From the NCBI GenBank assembly GCA_012026655.1, contig JAAILG010001591.1, forward strand, positions 1 to 64,000: DNA of 64,000 bases. The letters are read 5' to 3'. The notes beneath the pieces were generated by a model. The model saw only the letters and a program-made list of their open reading frames with translations. It was not told the DNA's origin and ran no database searches. The number at the start of each line of letters is the position of its first letter. The stretch's first letter is position 1. Made by a program: the position numbers and the translations under genes. The DNA is from Hydrolagus affinis. Its lineage: Eukaryota. Below are positions 12,801 through 31,899 of this stretch, in pieces.

Positions 12801-15800
12801 GTATCATATGCAGCATTCCCTGTGTAAAATGATCCTGACAAATGTTTAAGCTTGCTAGTGGAGTGATCTTGTACAGTGTCTCAATACAATAGGTAATACT
12901 AACACTGGAAGTGAAGAGGCATATTTTATATTCGCTATCTCCATTTGGGAATTCTGGGCTCTGTTATTGGCTGAATTGCTTAATGATTTGGTCTGTAATG
13001 TATTCAAACAGTGAAATTTGTGACTCTTGTTTTTCAGGGCAGTCTTCTTTTGGCACTTTCATTTCATTGGATTCACCAGTCGCAAAAGGTAGCTGCCAAC
13101 TTCAGAGGTAAGGTCTTAGACTGGGATAAATCCTTCAGTGTTGTTTTGGGGATATCCTTTCCCTGTGCAGCTTTCTTTTTCTTTTTGGTCATGATGTAAA
13201 ATGTTTTGTGTAGCATAAATTATCATTGAACATTATCATTGATTGACATTTATCTTTTGGCTTCTCCAGTGGGCAAGTTTTGCCATGGCTTTGTTGAGGG
13301 AGTTTTGCCATGACTTTGTAAGACGGGAGAGATAGAGGGGAGCCCGTAATATTAATTATGATAATAAAAAGCCTTGCATTTGATATAAATAATCCCTTCA
13401 CTTTCCAATGAAATGCAGCTACTAGTGTAAGGTCAAATGTATTTCCACAGTAGCATAGTAATGAACACTCAATAACATGATAAGACGTTATATTAAATGG
13501 AAGGATTATTATTACATATCCCGTTGGGTTATGTTTTGCACGGAAATGTTGGTGTAGGGAAACTAGATTTTGCTTTAAATCAGAGAAATGCATGTTGTGG
13601 GAGTGGGAGCAGAATATCCATTGGTATATTCTTTTCTGGATTCTAGAAGAAAATATGCCATTAGAATACTTTGCATTTTTGTCCCAGTAGTTTTTCTCTG
13701 CGCAGTTCATGAGGTTAATTTTCTTATTAGTTAAAAACAACTTGCCTTTCTTTGTTTGACCATTTTTGCTTTAAGATGGAGTTCCTCTGTTTGTGTCTGT
13801 GCTGGGGAAGGCTTCCCTTTCTCTGCTTTTCCAAGCCTTGGCTTGTGTTATTTAATCTCTCAGTATTGGAAATATGAGACTGTGATTGACTCCGCCCCAA
13901 GTTTAATTCCATCTCTATCTTTCTCTCTCCCCCCTTCCATTTCCCCCACTCTTATCACCACCAGTGCGATCTCACACAAGACACTTTGGGAAGAAAATAA
14001 TGGAAGTGAGACACTTACCTTGTGGGAAGGGGCTCATTGGTGTCAAGCAGCCATAAATGCTTTCCACAAATAGTGTGTGATTTGATGGGAATCTGAAACC
14101 ACTTGCATAATTTCCATTCCTTTGCAGGAGTAGAATTGAAGACCAGAGAATTACTTTGGAGCCAATTGGAAAACCAGGCAATCCCCCATTGAAAAGCGAT
14201 GCACCAAGCTTAAAATCGCCAGCAAATGAACGGCACAGAAGAGTGCTGTGCTTTGACAATACTGTTTCCACTGAGACCAATCCATCCACAGTGGAATCCA
14301 TCCCCGTTCAGGATAATAAAACAGAAAACAATGTGAGCCAAGCAAATCATAAGAAGAAAGATCAAACAGATGGTGTCCATCTTTCTGGTGTTCAAAACAC
14401 TTCAGAACAGAACAAAGAGACATCTGAAAGGACAGATGCGAGTCTTAGTAAAGGGAGGGAAACACAGGGGAGGTCGGAGAAGAACGAAGGCACATCTTCA
14501 AGTCTGAGCCAAGGCACTTTCCACAAAGCAACAGCGAATAAGGAAAATGAGAAGAGCAGGGCTCAAGTCAGACAGAGATGTAGAGAAGCGTCAGACCTTT
14601 CAAACGTGCAACAGCAAAAAAAGGGTTCTCAAGATGAAAGGCCGAGTTCTCAAGCAGGTGGTCTTGACAAGGAGGGCACAAGCCGTAAAATTTCCGATTC
14701 TCAACAAGAGGGTAAAAAAGGGAGCTCTACGTTAAAAGTCTCTCAAGACAGGTCTTCTAAAAGGAATCTGGATAAAAGTGCAAACGAAAGCTTCAGTCTG
14801 ACCAGTGCGCTGACTAAGCAAGCGGCTGAGATGCTCCAGGACATTCAGGGGCAAAGTCCTGTCCCCAAACAGAGCAGTAACAATGAGCTTCCTGTGCCCA
14901 GGACGCCCGGCTCCAACGCACATGAAGGGCAGTACGACTGCTCAGACTTTCAACGGACTCCACAAAGCAAGTGTATTCGAGATGATCGAGCGTCTCCTCG
15001 TGTAATGGCCCCGCCTACTACCCCGGACCTGCCCTCGTGCAGTCCAGCAAGTGAGACGGGAAGTGAAAACAGTGTTAATATGGCTGCCCACACGCTCATG
15101 ATCCTGTCAAGGGCAGCCAGTGCAAGGACTACTGGTACAACACCGCTGAAGGACAGTACCTGTCAAATCAGGTCTGCGCATAGCCAGACAAAGAAAAGAA
15201 AGTTAGATGAACTGGAGGAAGATTGTAGACAGCAGCCCTTATCCAGCAAGACAGAGGTTCAGAATTCCAGCTCACCCGGAAGGAAGAAAAAGTCAAAATC
15301 ACGTGTAAGTAGAACCAACATCCCTGTTTATACAGCAGAACTGTCCTCAAGTGCTTAAGAAAAATTATTAGACCAGCAAATATCATTTAAGCAAACACAG
15401 CAGCCAATCTGTGACACCAACATCCCATAATCAACAATGAGACAGATTGAAATTTAAAATAAATATTCTGTATATTAACTTGATTTGGTCTAGCTAGAGT
15501 AGAGCCATTTTAAGTCAGTTGTTGCGGTTCATAAGTCTTAGCCAGCGATACAACGGCTCTTCTCCATTTACTGCACTCGCACAGCAGCCGACAAAAAACA
15601 AATGACAATGTTCAGGTCGGTGCATTACCATTGGGGTGGATTCCCACACGGGACCCTTTAGATCAGCCATACTGGGCTCCCATGCCGGCCACCCTCTTAT
15701 TTTTTTTCTGAATGCAATGAACAGCCTGCAGTCTGAATGTTTTGAGAAAGTAAATACCAAGATCAAAATATTTTAATGGTTTAGACTGTATATGCTTTAC

Positions 15801-16395
15801 AAGCAAAAAGATTACAAAATGAAATTTGGAGATCTTTTATAATAAAAATGTTGACTGGAATTTGGCTAGAGTTTGTAGCTTTTGCTAAATAATTGTTCAG
15901 CTTTCACTTGAACGCATCAGGTTAAAATGCACATTTGGTGCATTTCCAGCAGAATTTATCATTTCAGCAGTGTTATTTGATTTTTTTAGAAACAAAAATT
16001 CATTTGCACTGAACCTGGTAATATTTTACATATGTTAAATATGACAACCAAACAATATTTCCCAAACAAACTTTTTGGCAAAGCATTGGTGTGGCATTAT
16101 ATTACAGACAATGACAAAATGTTAAGCAAAATTATGCTACTCTAAGCTTTAAGCAAAATGAGTGGATTCGCTGTCTCACATACGCAATGACTACATTGTA
16201 CAATATATGCTGAAACCCATCCTCCTAACATGAAAAGTGCTAAACAAATGCAAAGATTGTTATTAATTAATTATTATTGTACCTTAATTTGCCTTTTTCA
16301 TTTTACAGAAATACAAGAAAAAGAAGCATCTGGATTCTTTTCCTGTAGAAATGGATGTGGAAAAGTTTTTGAATTCACTGAAGTACGATGAGTGA
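733..16395 (+). CDS. NPAT: NPAT (histone locus body coactivator), 3' portion, 12 coding exons; 5' exons with LisH domain lie upstream of the window
   Basis: Spliced translation gives NPAT hallmark segments [97 protein letters not shown] and C-terminal [14 protein letters not shown]. All introns are GT-AG with consistent phases. Confidence 0.95.
1404..1495 (+). CDS. NPAT: NPAT coding exon (about exon 9)
   Basis: tttttag|CAA...TTC AG|gtaat; [30 protein letters not shown]. Confidence 0.93.
1655..2014. mobile_element. MITE, Tc1/mariner-pogo type (family A, copy 1)
   Basis: TIRs CAGTAAAAGACCGTTTATCCG / CGGATAAACGGGCTTTTACTG with TA on both sides; no ORF. Confidence 0.85.
2241..2325 (+). CDS. NPAT: NPAT coding exon (about exon 10)
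   Basis: ttttacag|T GAA...CTT GGG|gtaaag; [28 protein letters not shown]. Confidence 0.88.
3670..3766 (+). CDS. NPAT: NPAT coding exon (about exon 11), LFD-motif region
   Basis: ttcatag|GAT GAA GTT CAC ATG...GAT TAT G|gtttgt; [32 protein letters not shown]. Confidence 0.93.
4739..4873 (+). CDS. NPAT: NPAT duplicated exon, copy A (135 bp, phase 1-1)
   Basis: tgatatag|AT AAA TCC...GAA TTG G|gttagt; open frame [18 protein letters not shown]...FQTEEL. Confidence 0.75.
5047..5146. other. Assembly gap (100 N)
   Basis: Run of N of standard placeholder length; true size unknown. Confidence 1.
5413..5544 (+). CDS. NPAT: NPAT duplicated exon, copy B (132 bp, phase 1-1)
   Basis: tgatgtag|GT AAA TCC...GAA TTG G|gttagt; open frame [17 protein letters not shown]...FQTEEL. 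Confidence 0.75.
5650..5945 (+). mobile_element. Same tRNA/Deu SINE family
   Basis: Head, CAATTGGCTGCTGCGTTTCG core and tail align with 30600-30880. Confidence 0.8.
6216..8198 (+). CDS. NPAT: NPAT large central exon (about exon 13; 1983 bp, S/T/E-rich)
   Basis: Lies within the 676-aa ORF 6203-8233; tttctag|AT GAG...CCA CAA G|gtatta; contains [38 protein letters not shown]. Confidence 0.93.
9571..9689 (+). CDS. NPAT: NPAT coding exon (about exon 14)
   Basis: cctcag|GG TCA...CAA CAG|gtgagt; [28 protein letters not shown]. Confidence 0.92.
9699..10208 (+). mobile_element. CR1 LINE, 5'-truncated 3' end
   Basis: [50 protein letters not shown] is the CR1 ORF2 C-terminus; ATTCTATG-type tail. Confidence 0.9.
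10290..10590 (+). mobile_element. Same tRNA/Deu SINE family
   Basis: TAGCTCAGTGGCTAGAGC head, core and tail present. Confidence 0.8.
11203..11390 (-). mobile_element. tRNA/Deu SINE, 3' half
   Basis: (AAT)n-CCTTCATTTGATATAG...GCAGCAGCCAATTGCGCACAGC. Confidence 0.78.
12535..12649 (+). CDS. NPAT: NPAT coding exon (about exon 15)
   Basis: cactcag|GTT TTC...GCG G|gtgagt; phase 0 to 1 fits neighbours; [21 protein letters not shown]. Confidence 0.8.
13038..13107 (+). CDS. NPAT: NPAT coding exon (about exon 16)
   Basis: tttttcag|GG CAG...CAG AG|gtaagg; phase 1 to 2 bridges the flanking exons. Confidence 0.78.
14128..15304 (+). CDS. NPAT: NPAT coding exon (about exon 17), with RRVLCFD and CDK-type S/T-P sites
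   Basis: tttgcag|G AGT...TCA CGT|gtaagt; overlaps ORF 14156-15358; [38 protein letters not shown]. Confidence 0.93.
16309..16395 (+). CDS. NPAT: NPAT last coding exon with stop codon
   Basis: ttttacag|AAA TAC AAG...GAT GAG TGA; [28 protein letters not shown], matching the conserved NPAT C-terminus. Confidence 0.94.
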   Translation, partial: KYKKKKHLDSFPVEMDVEKFLNSLKYDE

Positions 16396-16768
16396 TTGCT
16401 CCCCATCGTCCAGTAACAGAATTCTTAAATAGCCTTAATCTCGGAAATGAGGGTGAGGAATGGAACTGTTTATAGGTTCTGCTGTTAATACATCTGTCCA
16501 TGATCACCGACTCCTGCCGTTGTATTGTCGATATACAATATTGTAAATAATTCAATCCCATTAATCTGGAGTGTAAATTTTCCGGTATTTAATTACAAGA
16601 ACTATCACTGAGAACGATTGCGGTGAGCACTTACTTCTCACCACTCGTGGTTAAATAACAACAACAAAATGGCATTTACAGAGCGCCTTGCACGTCAGGA
16701 GGGCGTGCCAAAGGGCAAGGTTAAAGGGCAAGGTTTGTAAATAATTGGGATTGAAGAATTGTTTTTCA

Positions 16769-16778
16769 AATAAATAAA
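16769..16778 (+). terminator. Candidate NPAT polyadenylation signal (two overlapping AATAAA)
   Basis: aataaataaa about 375 nt after the stop, followed by T/GT-rich sequence; further AATAAA hexamers lie downstream. Confidence 0.45.
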
Positions 16779-19178
16779 CTTGTTTGGGATTTAGGCCTTG
16801 TATTTTCATTTACAGTTGATCATAAAAACTGTCAAATTGTACATATTGTAACTTTAAAGCTTGATTATAAAGCTGCTTTGTGCAATGAGTATCTGGCCTC
16901 ATTGAATCGTCATTCCATTATTATGCTTTATTGAAATAATCCACTGCGGTTCAACCATTCTACTTTAACAGGAGTTTGTAATTGTATAACACAGCAGTGG
17001 TTAAACTGTGGAGTTTGATGCAAAGATTACTTTGGAAACTAATAACTCCATATAGGAATCACAGGTGCAAGACAATCCAAGTTGTTACCGCTCAGTTGAT
17101 TCATTTCTGGTTCCTGGTTAGGAGCAGTTATTAGTTGCTATCAGTGACCAGTGTTACAATTTGCCAAGTCCTTGGTTTGAGCAGAAAACTAGTTTAGATA
17201 TTGTAACTAGTGGTATTTACTGATCGATCTACATCACCAAATCCAGATTGTATTAACAGATCTACTTTTTAAGAATACAGTTGTTCCATGTGCCACTAAT
17301 GTATCTTATATTGTTCTAATGGACTCTATTCTGAATTTCCCTCCCACACCCTTTTTGGGCTCATCCTGATAGATGCTAACAGTCCTGTAGCAGTCTCCTA
17401 GCTACACCTCAAAGCCAAAATAGATCCTGTCTTCACCTGATTAACAAAGATAATGCATTTTGTTAAGAGAGATTGGCATTGTCATCCTCTTCCTCCCCAC
17501 CATCAAAAAAACAATTTGTATTTTGCTGCCCTGCTCAGTACACCACAGTACAGACTAGGGATCCAACCTCAAATGTTCCATCTCTTTGAAACTGAGCCAG
17601 AATAGAGACCACTTATGTGTTTAGCAAAATGCACCAGTTTTCTATGGTGGATAACAAACATACAGAAATATATATACACAGTATAAATATTAAGGTTCAG
17701 TTGAAAGTTTGACAACATTTGGTGGTACTGTAGTTAGTTTCAATCCATTTCTTATTGGGGGCAGTGGATGTAGTGGCATTGTCTGCTAACATCAGCAAGC
17801 AACATCTTGTATTTAATCTGATTAGACGATCAGGTACTGGGAGTTTTTCTCATTGTGCCAAAGGAACATTCATTCGTATGGGCCACTGTTACATTCTCTC
17901 TAAGCCTCTCAAAACTGAGCAAGCCAGAGCTCAATGATTTTCATTATATGAATAGGTGGTTTAGGGATTTTGTTTGGATTAAAACTAAATTGTTTCAATA
18001 AACAACTAAATGAACTATTGAATGTGAAGCTTTAAACTGCATGTTTTATCATATTCCAGGACTTTATTTTTTTAAAAAGCACGACCTCTTATGCCTCACA
18101 AAGAATCACTTTTGTGGTTTACAAAGTGGGTACGATTTCAGTGAGCAAATATTAACCCGTGCAACAGGCTCCCTCGGGAGACTGTTGGAAGCCTTGAAAT
18201 ACAGATGAGTTTTCTTTTAGGAAATAACATTATGGGACATATGTGTGTACAGCTGACAGAAAGGCAAATGGCAAGCTAGAGGGATTTGTTGTTTTTTCAT
18301 CTAGCATTTCTTGTGTTACCGAGACAGACAATTTCACCCTGTTACAAACCTCCTCAATAGTGAGGATGGTATACAGCGACTGACATCAAGCTTCATGCTG
18401 ATGAAGAATACACGATCAACACACCAGAATAAAAGAAAATATAGTATTGCAGATCTACGTGGTTTGCATTTGGATTGAATGCACTGTGTACAAGCCCAGA
18501 GGAAGGTAAAAGCTGTACACTGGTTCAGCTAGCTTACAATGAGAAAATAAATACCAAATAAATATCAAATACCATGTCAAATGTTCCTTCTGCAATTATC
18601 CCAGCTTTTAAATTGGAGAAAAAAGTTTATTTGTGGTAATGTGACTTACAGTAAGACAGTACAAGTACAGTAAATTTCATAAAAAGTTGAATTTTTCCAT
18701 TACATTCTAGCAATAGTTTAATCAGTATTTAAAATATAAAAGTTTCAAACTTAATTGAGATTACTGTAGCTGATGTGTTCATAAACATGACAATGTTAAA
18801 GTAACCTATTGCATTAAGCTCCACTAAGCCAAATCCACCACAATTTTTATTCATAATTCCAATATTTATTTTAGAAAAGAGCATTTTAATAAGCTCATCG
18901 AATGTGTTTAACCAACAGAGAGAAGGGAACCACTCACCATTGTCACCAAATATTTTGTAGTTTGTTCTTGGGATGGTCATGTATAAACATGTCCTCAAAA
19001 ATGCGAATTATATCAAGGTTAACATTACTTTAGAGCCATTAGATTTAATATTGGTTAACCAACACCAGACAGTTTCTGTTGGTTAAGATGAGTGAAGGAC
19101 AGCCTAAAATGTCTGAAAATTGTAATTTGAATTCCATTAATGCTTTTGAAGGTACATGTTATTACAATCAATGTAGGT

Positions 19179-19287
19179 TTTATTCCATACATCATTATTG
19201 TATGGCCTTAAAATAGTTTGTAACAGCTGGAATCTTTGCCCTATCAAAACAAACATTGATACAATTTGTAATTAGCTAATATTTATT
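19179..19287 (-). terminator. Candidate ACAT1 polyadenylation signals
   Basis: AATAAA on the minus strand at 19282-19287 and 19179-19184, about 90 and 195 nt after the stop. Confidence 0.5.
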
Positions 19288-19378
19288 AACCATAATTGCT
19301 CAGTAACAAAAAGGCAACTTAGTCCTTAAATTGTATAGGTATGAAATATGAACACTATATGTAAAAACAGCCAAAATT

Positions 19379-27812
<8,434 letters not shown>

Positions 27813-28981
27813 CTGTGAACAAAAGAGTGTGCAATTCATTAAAGGAAACTACAAACTAAAGTTATAAATAAAACTAGTTAAGTATGCAGTTAGTTGGCTT
27901 TGTTTTGCAATGTACCCAGTGACAGAGTCATTAAAGCAGTTTAATTTTTTTATGGCACACATCAAGGCATGTTCTTTATATTGCCATCTAAAGGAAATGC
28001 ACTATATATATGGTTCCATTTAAAATCTAAATAACTGAACAGAGGATTGACATGCTTAACATTTGGATATTGGTTCTGGAGTCTCATTTTAATCCCAGAG
28101 TATTGGTTTCAACAGCAAAAATAAATAAAATTCAAAAATAAATAAATAAAATTAAAATAAAGAAATATTTAGCAATTGTTTTTTGAATTGCTAAAGCTCC
28201 CTTAGAAACAAATAGAATAAACTGCCCAGACACACAAATCTGTTGACACATACAAAAGATAATGGCCGGTAATTGTGGACAGTCTGAAGCTTAGACAAAC
28301 ATGGCTGCAGACAGCAAAACAAATGCTTATTGCTGGGAAGAAATAAACGCTTATATTCTGCATTACAATAATAGAATTTGAGAGACATCAAAGTTACTTT
28401 TTTCTAAGAAGAATCCTCACTAGAGATCAATTAATAATAATACAATAATAATTAGGACATAAGTAACACACACTACATTGCCCCCAGTTACATTTCTCAA
28501 TGTCAATACTGGTCAACACACTGTAATCATCTATTGCAACACTCTAAATAGGGCAAAAGTGAAATTGAAGCCACAATCAAAGGACTACCCACAAGTTCAG
28601 TGAGGTCAATTGGTTCAAGAATAGTGTGTGAAAGATGCTGTGTAAGAAGAATGGAGATAGCGTTCTTTGTTGAAACGAACCTAAAGAGATTGCAAGGTTT
28701 TTTTAAGGTTCATGTGGAATAAGAAAAACAAAATCTGTAAATTTAGGTTATGGGTGAGGACTATTTTACAATGCATCTTTACACTGATTATAAGCTGTGA
28801 AAATGTAAAAACAAATGTACATTATGACGGAGTATAGTGCTTTGAGACATTTGAAATAAGGTGCTATAAAATGTAGATTCTCGCTAGAAAATGTGAGCAA
28901 GAGACACAGTTCAATTGGGACGACCTCCTGACGTGAAAAGTGCTCTACAGGTGTCATTTTGTTCTGGTTGTCAAACACTTT

Positions 28982-29304
28982 TAAGAGTTAATATAGATCT
29001 ATAAGAGTTAATATAGATCTATAAGAGTTAATATAGATCTATAAGAGTTAATATAGATCTATGAGTTAATATAGATCTATAAGAGTTAATACAGATCTAT
29101 GAGTTAATACAGATCTATAAGAGTTAATATAGATCTATAAGAGTTAATATAGATCTATAAGAGTTAATATAGATCTATAAGAGTTAATATAGATCTATAA
29201 GTTAATATAGATCTATAAGAGTTAATATAGATCTATAAGAGTTAATATAGATCTATAAGAGTTAATATAGATCTATAAGAGTTAATATAGGTCTAATATA
29301 GATC
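28982..29304. repeat. Minisatellite, 20-bp unit TAAGAGTTAATATAGATCTA, about 16 copies
   Basis: 15 AGATCT-containing units plus a degenerate end; a few 2-bp deletion variants. Confidence 0.97.
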
Positions 29305-29479
29305 ATTCGACCAGGAATAACTCGTTTCACTTTAAGACTCCAGTTTGTTTTTGAAGCGAACGCCTCTTCTAAAATGATACAAAAGCATTTAAAACCTTTC
29401 TGATGGCACACTGCCTGGTAACCGTGAATCTTGCCTAACTGAAAATAAACAAAACAAATCCACTGATAACAATTTGGTT

Positions 29480-29607
29480 CCTCGATCCACGGCAGCTTGC
29501 GCGATTGGCTGCTCTGTTTCTCCCACAAAATGTTCACTTTACAGTAAACTCTGTGAAGCGCTTTGAGACGTCTGGAAGACATGAAAATCACTGTATCAAA
29601 TGCCAGG
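29480..29607 (+). mobile_element. tRNA/Deu SINE, 3' half running into the assembly gap
   Basis: GCGCGATTGGCTGCT...GTGAAGCGCTTTGAGACGTCTGGAAGACATGAAA. Confidence 0.72.
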
Positions 29608-29707
29608 NNNNNNNNNNNNNNNNNNNNNNNNNNNNNNNNNNNNNNNNNNNNNNNNNNNNNNNNNNNNNNNNNNNNNNNNNNNNNNNNNNNNNNNNNNNNN
29701 NNNNNNN
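29608..29707. other. Assembly gap (100 N), probably containing ACAT1 exon 1
   Basis: Run of N between ACAT1 intron 1 and a GC-rich promoter; no exon 1 found elsewhere. Confidence 0.9.
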
Positions 29708-29860
29708 GGGGGGGCCAGGTGGTGACGCAGCCCAATCAGAAGCAGCAGCCAAGGACCAATAGCAAGCCAGGGCGCGAGCTGACCAATCAGAGCACGAGAG
29801 AAGGCGAGTTACTGTCCAATCAGAGCAGATGGGGGCGGGGCGATACCTCGAGCACGTGGC
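29708..29860 (-). promoter_or_regulatory. Probable ACAT1 promoter: CCAAT-box array, GC box and E-box
   Basis: CCAAT at 29732, 29756, 29783 and 29816; GGGGCGGGG 29832-29840; CACGTG 29853-29858; GC/CpG-rich; lies just upstream of the gap that probably hides exon 1. Confidence 0.7.
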
Positions 29861-29984
29861 CAGCCTGGGCTCAGGGTGTCAATCAACCAGAGGGTCAGCC
29901 CAGGGAAGGACCATGTGATGTGACACCTGCTCAAGTCCTCAGCACTCAGATTACCCAGAGGGCAGTGAGCGTGTGGATCTCTGC

Positions 29985-30165
29985 CCCGAAGGGCTGTAGC
30001 GGCTCAGACCTTCAACACATTCAAGACTGAGGTTGATAGATTTCTTGTGGATTAAGGGATATGGGGCTAAGGCGGGGAGGTGGAGTTAGGTCAGAAGATC
30101 AGCCATGATCTTATTGAATGGTGGGACAGGCTCGAGGGGCTGAATGGCCTACTCCTGCTCCTAAC
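29985..30165 (+). mobile_element. CR1 3' tail fragment
   Basis: GATCAGCCATGATCTTATTGAATGG..GGCTCGAGGGGCTGAATGGCCTACTCCTGCTCCTA, shared with 38230-38300. Confidence 0.7.
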
Positions 30166-30599
30166 TCATTGACCTCCTTCCTCTGGCCCTTCCTCCCCTG
30201 GTAGATCAAGGTTTCTGCTTTGTATATTTTGTGTCAATTCACTTCACAGTATAAAGCCCAACAAGCTCTTGCACCCCCCTTACCTCACCGACTTCCTAAC
30301 CCCATATCAGTCTATCCACTCCATCCGCTCGGCGGACACCAGTCTGCTTTAGGTCCCCTACACTTCCTATCCCACCATAGGAGATTGGGTGAGCATTGGG
30401 CGATTGAGATCCAGCATCACTGCCTCCACAATCTGAAACTCTTATCCCACCATCTCATTTCCCCTCTCTTGCCTCCTTCAAGTCCTGTCCAAAGAGCTTC
30501 CTCTTCGATCGCGCCTTCAGCCATCTTCCCACGCCTATCCCTCCTCCCCTTGACCCTAAATATGGGTCCAAATTCCCCTGACTGTCCAGTGCCGTTTTT

Positions 30600-30880
30600 T
30601 CCTGTAGCTCAGTAATTAGGGCACTCGCCTTATAAGCGAGAGACCTGGGTTCAATTCCAGGCAGGGTGAAACCTTGGGCAAGTTTCCTTACTCCATATGC
30701 CTGCCTAATAAATTGGTCATTTCAATCCACGATTGTTTGTGGGACATTGCTGTGCGCAATTGGCTGCTGAGTTTCGTCCACATATACAGTCACTTCACTT
30801 TACAGTATATTCTGTGAAGCACTTTGAGACATCAAGAAGACGTATAAAGCGCTGTATCAAATGCAAGGATTATTATTATT
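30600..30880 (+). mobile_element. Full-length tRNA-derived SINE with Deu-like domain and L2-type tail
   Basis: A box TAGCTCAGTAATTAGG; B box GGTTCAATTCC; central GCTGTGCGCAATTGGCTGCTG; tail GTGAAGCACTTTGAGAC..AAAGCGCTGTATCAAATGCAAGG(ATT)n. Confidence 0.85.
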
Positions 30881-31899
30881 TCCAACGTACAGTGTGATAT
30901 GAGTGTAATTTGTTGGTGTGAAGCACTTTGAGACATCTCAAAGATGTGATAAGGTATATTAAATGTAAGTATATTATAATCTTTCCAGTGCCAGGTGGTA
31001 GATTACCATCTAAAATTAATCCATCACCTTGCAATAAAATAAAACTGCATACAAAACTTCATTAGCTCGCCAATGTGCCCATAAAACACAATAAATTATT
31101 TGAAGAACTTGGGAACGTACTGACGTGAAAGGTACTATATCAAATGCAAATATTATTAAAACCTGCTGAATTCCATAATACATTATATACTATAATACTG
31201 CAACCCATAATAGTTTGATGGACATTATCCTTATTAAATCACAACTTCCATTAGGAATTCCAAACCATTTTAATAAGATTATATATTTTGCCAAAATAGT
31301 CAATTTGCTTTACAGTAAATACGCTTTGAGATGTCTCAATGACTTGATAAGGCGCTGTTTGAGATTCAAGAATTATTATTAATACAAGTTGAAGTATTTT
31401 AAGACTTTAATGTTACAAATGAATGTTTGTTGCTCTCAACATTCCAAGACCATCAAAAAGGCAGGCTAATGTTTGGTGCTGTAGACAATCACCACTAGCT
31501 TCTGACCCACACCAGACAATAAGGTGTCAAGCAAATACTAATGCAGCACCTTGGAACATCCTCCTGACGTGAAAGGCGCTGTACAAATGTAATTTTTTGT
31601 TGTTGATACAAGGACGATTGGCTGCCAATTCGCTGTAGTAGACTTCTCTGGAGGTCCTAGTTACCCAAGTACACACAAGCAACACATTAATCCATGTAGT
31701 CGCAAAAATGACTTTTTAAAGACGTTGAACTCACCATCAGATTATTGCACCATAACAAGTAGTGGAAATTGAATTATATGAGGTAAATACAACCTTTTGT
31801 TCTCCCTCCCCATCGACTGTTGATTAGCTTGCTTAATCCTAATGTCGGTAAAAAAAAATATTTTAATCTGCAACTGCACCGTTGGGAGTCCTAAAGTTA

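Noticed and set aside
18398-18420. CTGATGA word (also at about 35618, 53824 and 57522)
   Set aside because: No stem II-GAAA-UH arrangement and no partner box for a snoRNA; expected by chance.
28982-29304. Regular repeat array resembling a CRISPR array
   Set aside because: Units are head-to-tail with no unique spacers, there are no cas genes, and it lies in a vertebrate intron.
29262-30030. ORFs spanning the N-run
   Set aside because: Artefacts of translating through an assembly gap of unknown size.
30601-30670. tRNA-like sequence with a TAT anticodon-like loop
   Set aside because: No proper acceptor stem, and it continues into a multi-copy SINE body and tail; it is a SINE head, not a tRNA gene.
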